Assembly (NCBI GenBank): GCA_964383575.1
Contig: CAYLHI010000001.1
Span: 18,442-82,441, forward strand
Direction of reading: 5' to 3'
DNA: 64,000 nt
Origin: an uncultured Pelolinea sp.
Lineage (GTDB): Bacteria > Chloroflexota > Anaerolineae > Anaerolineales > Anaerolineaceae
Positions 36,279 to 45,264 of this stretch are shown in pieces. Both the position numbers and the translations under genes were made by a program. Below the pieces are notes generated by a model. That model did no database searches, was not told the origin of the DNA, and saw only the letters and a program-made list of their open reading frames with translations. Position 1 is the first letter of the stretch, and every line of letters begins with the position of its first letter.

Positions 36279-37910
36279 ATGACCGATCAAAATATTTCCT
36301 GGCAGAAATCCCGCCAATATACAGAAGAACAACTGCACACAGCAGCAATCGTGCTGGAAGAGATCCGTTCCGGTACAGACACAATGCAAGCTGTCCGCGG
36401 GCACCCTCTGAGTGAGGGTGGATATATCGCTAAGCACATGCTGGTTCATGTGTACCGGCAGAAAGTGAAAAACGGTGATTTAGAAGCAGATGATAGCCTT
36501 CTTACGCGCATCCGTATGAAACCAATACGCTCGCTTTCTGGAGTATCCACAGTAACCGTGCTTACAAAACCGTATCCTTGCCCGGGGAACTGCCTATTCT
36601 GCCCTGATGATAATCAACTCCCAAAAAGCTATCTACGGGAAGAACCCGGGGCAGCGCGGGCATTCCAGAATGAATTTGATCCTTACCGCCAGGTGCGATC
36701 CCGCCTGGATTCCTACTACGCGATCGGCCACCCAACAAACAAGATCGAACTGCTGATCTTAGGCGGATCCTGGTCTGCTTATCCTGCTGATTACCGTGAG
36801 CATTTTGTAAAACGCTGCTTTGACGCGCTGAATAGGAAAGATTCTCCTACTCTCGAAGCCGCCCAGTCATTGAACGAAAAAACAGAGAGCCGTAATGTCG
36901 GATTGGTTGTGGAAACACGACCAGACATGATCAATCCGCGGGAGATTGCTCAGATGCGGAAATTAGGCGTTACGAAAGTGCAGATGGGGGCTCAGAGCTT
37001 TGATAACGAAATCTTAGTGAAGAACCAACGCGGGCATAGTGTGGAAGACACACTGCACGCGACAGCACTGCTGCGCGCAGCCGGTTTCAAGATCGTGCTG
37101 CACTGGATGCCCAATCTGCTGGGAGCAACGCCTGAATCAGACCGGGAGGATTTCCAGCATATGTGGAATGGCGGATTCTGCCCGGATGAATTAAAGATCT
37201 ACCCTACCCAATTACTTGAAGAAGCGCCTTTATATGATTTATGGAAAGAGGGGAAATTTAAACCTTATACAACTAATGAACTGATCAGCCTTATCGCAGA
37301 TATAAAGCCCAGCATACCGATCTACTCCCGAGTCAACCGTATCGTTCGTGATATCCCGGCTAACTATATAAAAGCAGGCAGCCGCCGCTCGAGTTTGCGG
37401 CAGGATGTGCACAATGAGCTAAAGAAGCGCAGCCAGCGCTGCCGATGCATCCGCTGCCGAGAAGTGAGGGGGACAGCTGTTAATACACAGGATCTGATCT
37501 TTGAAGACTATATATATAACGCCGCATTCGCTGAAGAACACTTCCTTAATTACAGCACAACTGACGACCGCTTAGCCGGCTACCTGCGCCTGGCTATTCC
37601 ATCCGACTCTTCTGATCCTGTATTCACATCCCAGAGAAAGGTATTATTCACAATAATACCTGAATTAAAAGGTGCCGCATTGATCAGGGAAGTACACATC
37701 TACGGGCAGTCCTTAGCTGTTGGCAGCGAGCAGATCGGTGCTGCCCAGCACAGCGGATTGGGGACTATTCTGCTGAAAAAAGCCGAGCAAATAGCAAAGA
37801 AAGCCGGTTATACAGAACTGGTGGTGATTGCTGCCATCGGTACACGCTTGTATTACGAAAAACGCGGATTTATCCGCTCCGGTCTTTACATGACTAAAGA
37901 AGTCATGTAA
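36279..37910 (+). CDS. elp3: bacterial Elp3 homologue (radical SAM plus GNAT/KAT domain)
   Basis: 'KPIRSLSGVSTVTVLTKPYPCPGNCLFCPDD' (Cx3Cx2C), 'FDPYRQVRSRLD', 'IELLILGGSWSAYP', and C-terminal GNAT 'HSGLGTILLKKAEQIAKKAGY'. Confidence 0.9.
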   Translation: MTDQNISWQKSRQYTEEQLHTAAIVLEEIRSGTDTMQAVRGHPLSEGGYIAKHMLVHVYRQKVKNGDLEADDSLLTRIRMKPIRSLSGVSTVTVLTKPYPCPGNCLFCPDDNQLPKSYLREEPGAARAFQNEFDPYRQVRSRLDSYYAIGHPTNKIELLILGGSWSAYPADYREHFVKRCFDALNRKDSPTLEAAQSLNEKTESRNVGLVVETRPDMINPREIAQMRKLGVTKVQMGAQSFDNEILVKNQRGHSVEDTLHATALLRAAGFKIVLHWMPNLLGATPESDREDFQHMWNGGFCPDELKIYPTQLLEEAPLYDLWKEGKFKPYTTNELISLIADIKPSIPIYSRVNRIVRDIPANYIKAGSRRSSLRQDVHNELKKRSQRCRCIRCREVRGTAVNTQDLIFEDYIYNAAFAEEHFLNYSTTDDRLAGYLRLAIPSDSSDPVFTSQRKVLFTIIPELKGAALIREVHIYGQSLAVGSEQIGAAQHSGLGTILLKKAEQIAKKAGYTELVVIAAIGTRLYYEKRGFIRSGLYMTKEVM

Positions 37911-37939
37911 AACTATATTTAAACTAACAAATCTTTAAA

Positions 37940-38719
37940 ATGCCCTTTTGCGCCGAACTGTTTTATCGTTATTATGATAGGGGGGCAGCATCCTATGCCT
38001 ATCCAACACTCTATCTACACGGCCTGGGAGGTACTCATTTATCATGGCCGCATACTCTGCGGCGGCTCCCTGGGAAGCGTATATATGCGCTCGATCTGCC
38101 GGGACACGGCCTCTCTGATACCCCCGCCTGCTGCAGCACACACGAGCTAACCGATCATCTGCACAGATTCATCACTGAGTTAGGCATATTCAGCTTTGCT
38201 CTGGTTGGCCATTCCATGGGAAGCGCGGCCGCTTTTGATTATTCCGCCGCATACCCGGAACACATCCGCGGATTGGCGCTCATTTCATGTGGGCACATCT
38301 TTCGCTTTTCAGAAGAACTTATGTATTCCCTTAAAAGTGAAGCATCCAGGAAAAATGTAATCGAGTTTTTTAACAACAAGGGGTTTCACCCTGAGTTTTC
38401 TCAATCTCTCCGACGGAAGATACTGGAACCATTAAATTGCATCCGAATCAGTGTCCTGCAAGCTGATATTAAAATTTACAGTTCCTTCTCCGCTTACCGC
38501 TCATTAAATAAATTCACTTTTCCTGTTCAGCTAATCGCAGGCAGAAATGACAAGCTGGTACCTTCAACGGACATACAGCAGTTGAAATACCACCTGCCAA
38601 ACGCGTCTCTGTGTACCTTAGACCAATGCGGGCATATGGCCATCTTTGAAAAAACAGAGGTGATTAAAAAAACGCTGCAGGCTTTTCTTGAAAAAGTTAC
38701 TTCCCCTGTTTACCAATGA
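37940..38719 (+). CDS. alpha/beta-fold hydrolase
   Basis: 'LHGLGG' and nucleophile elbow 'GHSMGS'. C-terminal 'CGHMAIFE' supplies the His. Confidence 0.8.
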   Translation: MPFCAELFYRYYDRGAASYAYPTLYLHGLGGTHLSWPHTLRRLPGKRIYALDLPGHGLSDTPACCSTHELTDHLHRFITELGIFSFALVGHSMGSAAAFDYSAAYPEHIRGLALISCGHIFRFSEELMYSLKSEASRKNVIEFFNNKGFHPEFSQSLRRKILEPLNCIRISVLQADIKIYSSFSAYRSLNKFTFPVQLIAGRNDKLVPSTDIQQLKYHLPNASLCTLDQCGHMAIFEKTEVIKKTLQAFLEKVTSPVYQ

Positions 38720-38722
38720 TAA

Positions 38723-39922
38723 TTATAAGTATTCTTTAAGCTGTCTGGAATGCTGTGGGTGGCGTAGATGGCGCAGGGCTTTGGTTTCTATCTGGCGGAT
38801 ACGCTCACGTGTAAGCCCGAATTTTCGCCCAACTTCTTCCAGCGTGTAGAAACGGCCGTTCTCCAATCCGAACCGAAGGCGTAATATGCGCGCTTCACGA
38901 TAGGGCAGCGAATCGAGGATATCCTCGATCTTTTCACTGAGTAATTTTGTGTATACCTTCTGGCTGGGAGTAGGTGTATTCCGGTCTTCCACAAAATTGC
39001 CTAATTCCGATTCTTCTTCATTATCATTGATAGGGCTTTCCAGCGATAAGGGCAGCCAGGAAACCTGGACCATCCATTCAACTTTATCTGTAGGCAGATC
39101 TAATATTTTCGCCAGTTCTTCGATGTTTGGTTCCCTGCCCAGCCTTTGTTCCATTTCATGGATGTATTTGTACATCACGCGGATGCGGTCAACCATATGC
39201 ACAGGCACGCGAATCGTGCGGCCCTGGTCAGCAATTGCCCGAGTGATTGTTTGGCGAATCCACCAGGTGGCGTAGGTTGAGAACCGAAATCCACGGGAAT
39301 AATCAAATTTCTCGACTGCCTTCATCAAGCCCAGATTGCCCTCCTGGATAAGATCAAGAAAAGGCACACCGCGCCTGTTATACCGTTTGGCCACGCTCAC
39401 TACTAAACGGGTATTCGCCTTAATAAGGTGTTCCCGTGCTAACAATCCATCTTCAATAATCTCCTCAAGCATTTTCCTCTTTTCAGGAGGATTATTTTTT
39501 CCCAGCTTGATGAGTTCTTCTTTCGCTGCTCGCCCATTTTCGTATCGTTTGGCAAGGCTGACTTCCTGTTCCTTTTTAAGGAGTGGGACTTTGCTCATTT
39601 CCCGCAAATACAAAGTGATGGTGTCATCGCTGGCTACTTTTTCAACTCCGGCGACCACAACCTCATCCGCTCCCAAATCACTCTCTTCTTCCTGGTCGAA
39701 GCCATTGGCAGATAACACTTCCACTTCTTTTGGAAAAACGACCTGGACACCCTGGCGATTGAGAATACCCACCATTTCCTCAATTCTTTCCGCATTTACG
39801 CCGCTTCGCGGAATGATCTCTTCAAGGTCTTCCAATGTAACATGTCCTTGAAGGCTGGCTTTTTCAAGCAGCATGCCTAATACTGATTCTCTTTTATCAT
39901 CTTCAGGAAACGCTGCTTTCAA
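38723..39922 (-). CDS. rpoD: primary RNA polymerase sigma factor (RpoD/SigA)
   Basis: 'NTRLVVSVAKRY', 'DLIQEGNLGLMKAVEKFDYSRGFRFSTYATWWIRQTITRAIADQGRTIRVPVHM' and 'LTRERIRQIETKALRHLR'. TTG start. Confidence 0.9.
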   Translation of the reverse strand: MKAAFPEDDKRESVLGMLLEKASLQGHVTLEDLEEIIPRSGVNAERIEEMVGILNRQGVQVVFPKEVEVLSANGFDQEEESDLGADEVVVAGVEKVASDDTITLYLREMSKVPLLKKEQEVSLAKRYENGRAAKEELIKLGKNNPPEKRKMLEEIIEDGLLAREHLIKANTRLVVSVAKRYNRRGVPFLDLIQEGNLGLMKAVEKFDYSRGFRFSTYATWWIRQTITRAIADQGRTIRVPVHMVDRIRVMYKYIHEMEQRLGREPNIEELAKILDLPTDKVEWMVQVSWLPLSLESPINDNEEESELGNFVEDRNTPTPSQKVYTKLLSEKIEDILDSLPYREARILRLRFGLENGRFYTLEEVGRKFGLTRERIRQIETKALRHLRHPQHSRQLKEYL

Positions 39923-39936
39923 TGTAATCCTTTCTT

Positions 39937-40485
39937 TCAGGTGGCGAGTGTTTCAGTTGTTGGATTTTTTTCCCTTGGTTCTTTTTGACCAGTGTTTTTT
40001 CTGTTATTCCCTACTCTGCGGTTCCGGTAGTGCTCACAAACAGCCTGGTTGAGGTTCTGCCCGCAGATATCACATAATCCCTTGCATTCAGGTTGACAGA
40101 CTGGATTGATGGGCATTTCCATCAACATGTAATCATGGAGAATCGGTTCAAAATTAATATTGCCGTCCTCAGGCACTTTTATCTCATCTTCCGATGGTTC
40201 TACATAAGGAAAAGTAAAAAATTCTTCAAATTCTGAATGGATTTTTTCCTGAAAGGTTTCCAAACAACGGCTGCATTCTCTTTCCACTTCCGCATTAAAG
40301 ACAGCCTGCGCCCTGATCCCGTCGTGTGTACGGATGAGATCGATTGATCCATTGACAGCGCGCAGAGATAATCCATCCCCCATATCAATCTCATCCAATT
40401 CAAAAGGCAGAACACGTGAATATCCGATGGGTTGATTAATAAGAAAGCCGATGTTGATGTAGAAAGGATTTCGCGACGGATTCAA
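39937..40485 (-). CDS. yceD: YceD/DUF177 family protein
   Basis: 'CSRCLETF' and 'CQPECKGLCDICGQNLN...CEH'. Confidence 0.8.
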   Translation of the reverse strand: MNPSRNPFYINIGFLINQPIGYSRVLPFELDEIDMGDGLSLRAVNGSIDLIRTHDGIRAQAVFNAEVERECSRCLETFQEKIHSEFEEFFTFPYVEPSEDEIKVPEDGNINFEPILHDYMLMEMPINPVCQPECKGLCDICGQNLNQAVCEHYRNRRVGNNRKNTGQKEPREKNPTTETLAT

Positions 40486-40582
40486 GATAATTCCAATAAA
40501 ATTAGTATAATTTACACGATTATAGCACGCGGATATTTACCAGTCAAGTTTTTATAAAAATATTCATAAAAATTAACATTCC

Positions 40583-41182
40583 ATGATTAAAACTATCCTT
40601 ATTGCCACAGCCAATAAAGGGAAACAAGCCGAGATTTTCGCACTGCTTGAAAATAAAATTTGCATCCTACGCGCACCCCAGGACCTGTCTATCTCCCTTA
40701 AGGTAAATGAAATAGGAAGCACTTATGCAGAAAACGCTCGTTTGAAGGCAACTGCTTATTGCAAAGCAAGCGGGCTGCCTGCACTGGCAGATGATACCGG
40801 GCTGGAAGTGGATGCCTTAGATGGAGCACCGGGGGTGTTTTCCGCACGTTTCTCCCCAAATCCGAACGCATCAGACGCAGACCGGCGCGCGCTGCTGATC
40901 AGCAAATTAAAGAGTATATCCGGGCCATGGACAGCACGCTTTGTATGCACAATGGCACTAGCACTACCAAACGGCAATATATATTATTCGCACGGCATCT
41001 GCAGAGGTGAGATCATCCCAGAAGAACGGGGAAACGGGGGGTTTGGGTATGACCCTGTTTTCCTATGTGAGGGTACCAATCGCACGTTGGCTGAACTTGG
41101 TATGCCTGAAAAGAACCACATCAGCCACCGCGCAAAAGCCGCAATGGGAATTCTGCCCTATATCCGCTCAGCGCTCACCTAG
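40583..41182 (+). CDS. rdgB: non-canonical purine NTP pyrophosphatase (RdgB/HAM1)
   Basis: 'IATANKGKQAEI', 'DDTGLEVDALDGAPGVFSARF', 'GGFGYDPVF' and 'SHRAKA'. Confidence 0.9.
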   Translation: MIKTILIATANKGKQAEIFALLENKICILRAPQDLSISLKVNEIGSTYAENARLKATAYCKASGLPALADDTGLEVDALDGAPGVFSARFSPNPNASDADRRALLISKLKSISGPWTARFVCTMALALPNGNIYYSHGICRGEIIPEERGNGGFGYDPVFLCEGTNRTLAELGMPEKNHISHRAKAAMGILPYIRSALT

Positions 41183-41917
41183 CTTCACCCCTTGATTGAT
41201 TTTTCGCGCCCCTCCAATCTTTAATGATAAAAGGCAGATATAGAAGCAGAAACATTACCAACCCTATCGCTTCCATGAACAACAAATACACAGGCCATTC
41301 AGGCAGCACATCCAAAAGGGTTGGGACAGGGGGTTTACGATTTACATATAAGTAATTGCTTCCAATCACTGAATTGATGCCAAACACAACCACCATATAA
41401 ATATTTGCGATAACTATCACGCGCAGCATTGATCTTCATATAGGGCGCATCCCCTCGACAGCAGTCAGATAAACCGCAGAGGTAACTAGCAATCCGTGGG
41501 AAATGAACGTCTGGAAGAAACGGAAGTGGGGAAAGCCATATATGCCAATATCGGGCGTGAAAAGTGCCTGGAGAGCACGCCGATTCCTATAAAATACGCA
41601 AATTCATAAATGTGTTCATCTTTCCTTATAAGCATGTATCCCGCCAGCCAGATAAGGAGTGAACAGGTATGCAGAGGTAAGCCCTCCTGTATATTCCAGG
41701 TACCAGAGGCAATTTTCCAGATATGCCAGGCAGATTCGTCAAGCCACAGAATGATCGCAATTGTCCAGCGGGTTCTTTTCCGGGCTCGCTCACATTTCTT
41801 CCGGTCGCGCAGGAGAAATAAATTAAGCAGAACCAGGATGCCAAGAGCTGCGAGATGGGCAGTCCCCAAGAGCTGGAACGGGGTTCCCTGATAATCATAC
41901 GTGAAGAAATTTCCCAT
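41175..41917 (-). pseudogene. YwaF/TIGR02206-like membrane protein gene, disrupted (frameshift plus in-frame TGA)
   Basis: Frame 1 runs from MGNFFTYDY to YFIGIG. A -1 shifted frame continues ALQALFTPDIGIYGFPHFRFFQTFISHGLLVTSAVYLTAVEGMRPI. A TGA follows at 41438..41436. The same frame then resumes as RSMLRVIVIANIYMVVVFGINSVIGSNYLYVNRKPP... Confidence 0.65.
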
Positions 41918-42018
41918 GACGCCATCCTCCATGTGCAGTGAGTATGAGGATAATAACCCATATCAGCAGAATGGGTTATTTGTTCATTGTATATGGTGAT
42001 CATTGATAAATATTATTT

Positions 42019-43383
42019 TTATTTCTTCAAATGTTCAAGGAATTTTTTTATCCTGGTTTCATATCCTTCATCCGATGGTTGAAAGAACTTCTTCCCCTGC
42101 ACAGAATCTGGCAGGTACTGCTGCTCGGTGAAGTGCCCCGCGTAATCATGCGGATATTTGTATCCTTTTCCATGCCCGAACCCTTTGGCATCCCGATTGG
42201 CGTCCATCAGGTGGATCGGAACTGGCTGGGCGCCTTCTTCTTCAATCAATTTGGCTGCCTTAAAATAACCCAGAGCTGAATTCGATTTTGGCGCTGTGGC
42301 AAGATAGAGGGTCGCTTCTACGATAGGGTAAATACCTTCCGGCAAACCCACATATTCAAAGGCAGAAGCAGCAGCTGACGCTACCTGGAGTGCCTGCGGG
42401 TCCGCCAGTCCAATGTCCTCACCAGCAAGGATCAGCAAACGGCGGAGGATGAAGCGCAGGTCTTCCCCTGCTTTGATCATTTTAGCCAGCCAGTAGAGCG
42501 CCGCATCCGGGTCTGAGCCGCGTACCGATTTTATGAAAGCAGAAATTGTATCGTAATGCTCGTCCATATTCTTGTCATAGCGGATGGCCCGCCGCTGGAT
42601 GGAATCCTGTGCAATTTGCAGATCTATGATAACCACACCCGATGGGTCCGGTTCGGTTGATTCAACCGCCAGTTCCAATGCATTTAACAAACTCCGCGCA
42701 TCACCATTTGCCATATTGACAAGATGTGCCTTTGCTTCATCACCTGCCTTGATCTTCTTTTTCCCATAACCCCGATCTGCATCCGCCAGCGCCCGGTCAA
42801 AGATAATCGATAACTGCTCATTACTAAGCGGCTTAAGGTTAAAGATGCGGGAACGGGAGACTAACGCTGGTATGACATCAAAATATGGATTCTGTGTGGT
42901 CGCGCCAATGAGAATAATGAGCCCAGATTCAATGCTTGGCAGCAGTGCGTCCTGCTGGGCACGGTTCCAACGGTGGACTTCATCCACAAAAAGGATCGTG
43001 CGTTTATTATACAAACGCCGGCGGTCACGGGCTTCTGCAATCACCGCACGGAGTTCGCTTTTACCTGCCATTACTGCAGACATGGTCGCGAAATACGATC
43101 GGCTGTAATTTGCAATCAAGCGCGCCAGAGTGGTCTTTCCAGAACCGGGAGGCCCACATAAAATGATTGAGGAGAATAACCGGTCAGCTTTCACCGCCCG
43201 CCGCAGCAAACGCCCTTCACCAATGATCTCCTCCTGCCCGATGAATTCTTCCAACGTCCGCGGCCGCATGCGGGCTGCCAGCGGCGCTTCCGTCTTCATC
43301 CGCTCATCCATGGCATGGTCAAATAAATCCATACGGTCCTTGCCTTTCCTCCAGCCGATTTGTTTCATAGAACGCTTGTCCAA
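42019..43383 (-). CDS. rarA: replication-associated recombination protein A (AAA+ ATPase)
   Basis: 'PLAARMRPRTLEEFIGQ', 'GPPGSGKTTLARLIA' and 'FVDEVHRWNRAQQD'. The likelier start is MDLFDH (43332). Confidence 0.9.
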   Translation of the reverse strand: MDKRSMKQIGWRKGKDRMDLFDHAMDERMKTEAPLAARMRPRTLEEFIGQEEIIGEGRLLRRAVKADRLFSSIILCGPPGSGKTTLARLIANYSRSYFATMSAVMAGKSELRAVIAEARDRRRLYNKRTILFVDEVHRWNRAQQDALLPSIESGLIILIGATTQNPYFDVIPALVSRSRIFNLKPLSNEQLSIIFDRALADADRGYGKKKIKAGDEAKAHLVNMANGDARSLLNALELAVESTEPDPSGVVIIDLQIAQDSIQRRAIRYDKNMDEHYDTISAFIKSVRGSDPDAALYWLAKMIKAGEDLRFILRRLLILAGEDIGLADPQALQVASAAASAFEYVGLPEGIYPIVEATLYLATAPKSNSALGYFKAAKLIEEEGAQPVPIHLMDANRDAKGFGHGKGYKYPHDYAGHFTEQQYLPDSVQGKKFFQPSDEGYETRIKKFLEHLKK

Positions 43384-43488
43384 TTATAACCATATTAGTA
43401 AACCTATGTCCGTATTTTAACTGGATTGCTATACAATTAAGAAAATCAGTGAAATCCTGCAATCAAAGAATGATAAGGAGAATAAAAA

Positions 43489-43788
43489 ATGAAAGCATTA
43501 TTTGGCATCGCGATCCTGCCATTGATTTGTTTAGGAGTGATGATCCTGACAGCAGCAGTGGTCATCTTTGCCCTCAAGCAGGGAACACAGACAGTCAGTA
43601 AGCAGATCCAAGAAAACACAACGCGCATTGAAGATAGTTCCCCAGCAAATACGCGCTGGGCACGCGAAGACCTAAAGGGCGCACTTCAACCCAAGAAAAC
43701 CGGGAACACGATGAAAACCTGCCCCGCCTGTGGGGGAGAAAACGAAGCCGGCAGCAGCACCTGCGTGTACTGCGGGAGGGAATTATGA
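43489..43788 (+). CDS. small membrane-anchored zinc-ribbon protein
   Basis: N-terminal TM 'ILPLICLGVMILTAAVVIFAL'. C-terminal 'CPACGGENEAGSSTCVYCG'. Confidence 0.55.
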   Translation: MKALFGIAILPLICLGVMILTAAVVIFALKQGTQTVSKQIQENTTRIEDSSPANTRWAREDLKGALQPKKTGNTMKTCPACGGENEAGSSTCVYCGREL

Positions 43789-44128
43789 TCAAGAAATTTG
43801 CCACAGTGGCTTTATAGATGGAAGATTTTGCTTCCGTCCTGCATTTTTATCGGTTATTCTCGGACTGGATTTAATCTCCCGCCACCGAGACGTGCCCCAG
43901 TTAAAGGTTGGAGATGATATTTTAGTGCTGGTAAAATGGAAACTGCCGCCCGCGACAGACGCGTTTCCAGCGGACTTTCCGCTGATTACCTTTGGGGTAA
44001 ATGACCTTGACAGGATGGTTGAAAATGTCGAGTTGAAAAGCAGCATTGAAGAGCGGCACGACTCCCGCTGGTTCAAAGTATGTGATCCCGCCGGCAACCT
44101 GATTGAATTAGTAGAAAAAAATAATTAA
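43785..44128 (+). pseudogene. VOC/glyoxalase-fold protein gene, disrupted (in-frame TAG plus frameshift)
   Basis: ATG 43785 (ATGA overlap with the upstream stop) gives MIKKFATVAL, then TAG (43815..43817), then MEDFASVLHFYR. The frame then shifts by one near a T5 run (about 43845-43860) into VILGLDLISRH...WFKVCDPAGNLIELVEKN. Confidence 0.55.
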
Positions 44129-44140
44129 AGGACCCCCATT

Positions 44141-44368
44141 ATGCCTATGAAATTTAAAGACTCTTTACCCAAGAATGATCACGCTGGATTATTGACGTTA
44201 GGACTGGTTCTGCTCATCACAGGACAAGCGCTTTCAAAAAGCACACAACCTGTACTGATCGTCCTGCGATATGTGTTCTTCGCAGCAGCCATGATCAACT
44301 ACGGATATGTACTTTATCTGTACAACCGCGACCGGATCGCAAGGGAAAAAGAACAAAGAAAGAATTGA
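44141..44368 (+). CDS. small two-TM membrane protein
   Basis: 75-aa ORF with two hydrophobic helices and a basic tail. No homology recognised. Confidence 0.4.
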   Translation: MPMKFKDSLPKNDHAGLLTLGLVLLITGQALSKSTQPVLIVLRYVFFAAAMINYGYVLYLYNRDRIAREKEQRKN

Positions 44369-44496
44369 TCGACCTCCTTTGATTATTATCGCCGGAACGT
44401 AAATATTTTTCTTAATAAGGGGAAACGTGCGCATCCTTTTTTATAGCGTATGCGTATATTAAAGATGAAAGCAATAATTATTTTATGAGGTGATTT

Positions 44497-45210
44497 ATGA
44501 AGAAACACAATCGAATAATCCTGATCTTTACACTGTTGATCTTCTCCAGTCTGGCACTCAGTGCCTGCAGCAGCCCTTATCAGACCAGGAGTGACGATGT
44601 AAGCGGTTTCAACCGCATTTCGATTGAAACATTCGGTGAGTTCATCATCAATCAGGGAGAGGAAGAATCCCTGACTATTGAGGCACCGCGCGACTATTTG
44701 CGGTATATCACAACTGAAGTGAAGAATGGAACACTGATCATCAGCACACGCCGTGGTTTCATCGGCGGTCCAGTCCGCCGGGCAACGTTCACAATCACTG
44801 TTAAAGATTTGGAAGACATTTCCCTGTCCGGAGCAGGCGCCATTAAGGTCTTTGCCCTGGAAACAGATACGCTGGATATCAACCTGACGGGCGCGGGCAG
44901 TATTGAGATCGATGAATTAACCGCGGACCGGTTAGAAGTTAATTTAGACAGCGCAGGCGCAATCATCATTGCAGGAACGGTAGAAAAGCAGGATATCAAC
45001 CTCACCGGCGTCGGCAGCTATGAGGGCGGCGATCTGCAGAGCGAGGACTCGGAGATCTATTTGACCGGCGCAGGAAGCGCAGTTGTATGGGCTGAAGACG
45101 ATTTAGATGTAGAGATAACCGGAGTCGGTTCTGTATCCTATTTCGGAAATCCGGATGTGTACCAGGATATCAGCGGTTTAGGATCAATCAACAGCAAAGG
45201 AGCACATTAA
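44497..45210 (+). CDS. DUF2807 / head-GIN-domain lipoprotein
   Basis: Lipobox 'LALSAC'. Repeated 'L[ST]GAGSI/LTGVGS/ITGVGS' beta-helix units. Confidence 0.7.
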   Translation: MKKHNRIILIFTLLIFSSLALSACSSPYQTRSDDVSGFNRISIETFGEFIINQGEEESLTIEAPRDYLRYITTEVKNGTLIISTRRGFIGGPVRRATFTITVKDLEDISLSGAGAIKVFALETDTLDINLTGAGSIEIDELTADRLEVNLDSAGAIIIAGTVEKQDINLTGVGSYEGGDLQSEDSEIYLTGAGSAVVWAEDDLDVEITGVGSVSYFGNPDVYQDISGLGSINSKGAH

Positions 45211-45230
45211 ATTACTCCTCCCTTTTTATA

Positions 45231-45264
45231 AAGAAGCTGTACTGCTCACGCGGCTTCTTTTTTT
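45231..45264 (+). terminator. rho-independent terminator
   Basis: AAGAAGC...GCTTCTT stem followed by a T7 run. It lies between convergent genes. Confidence 0.5.
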
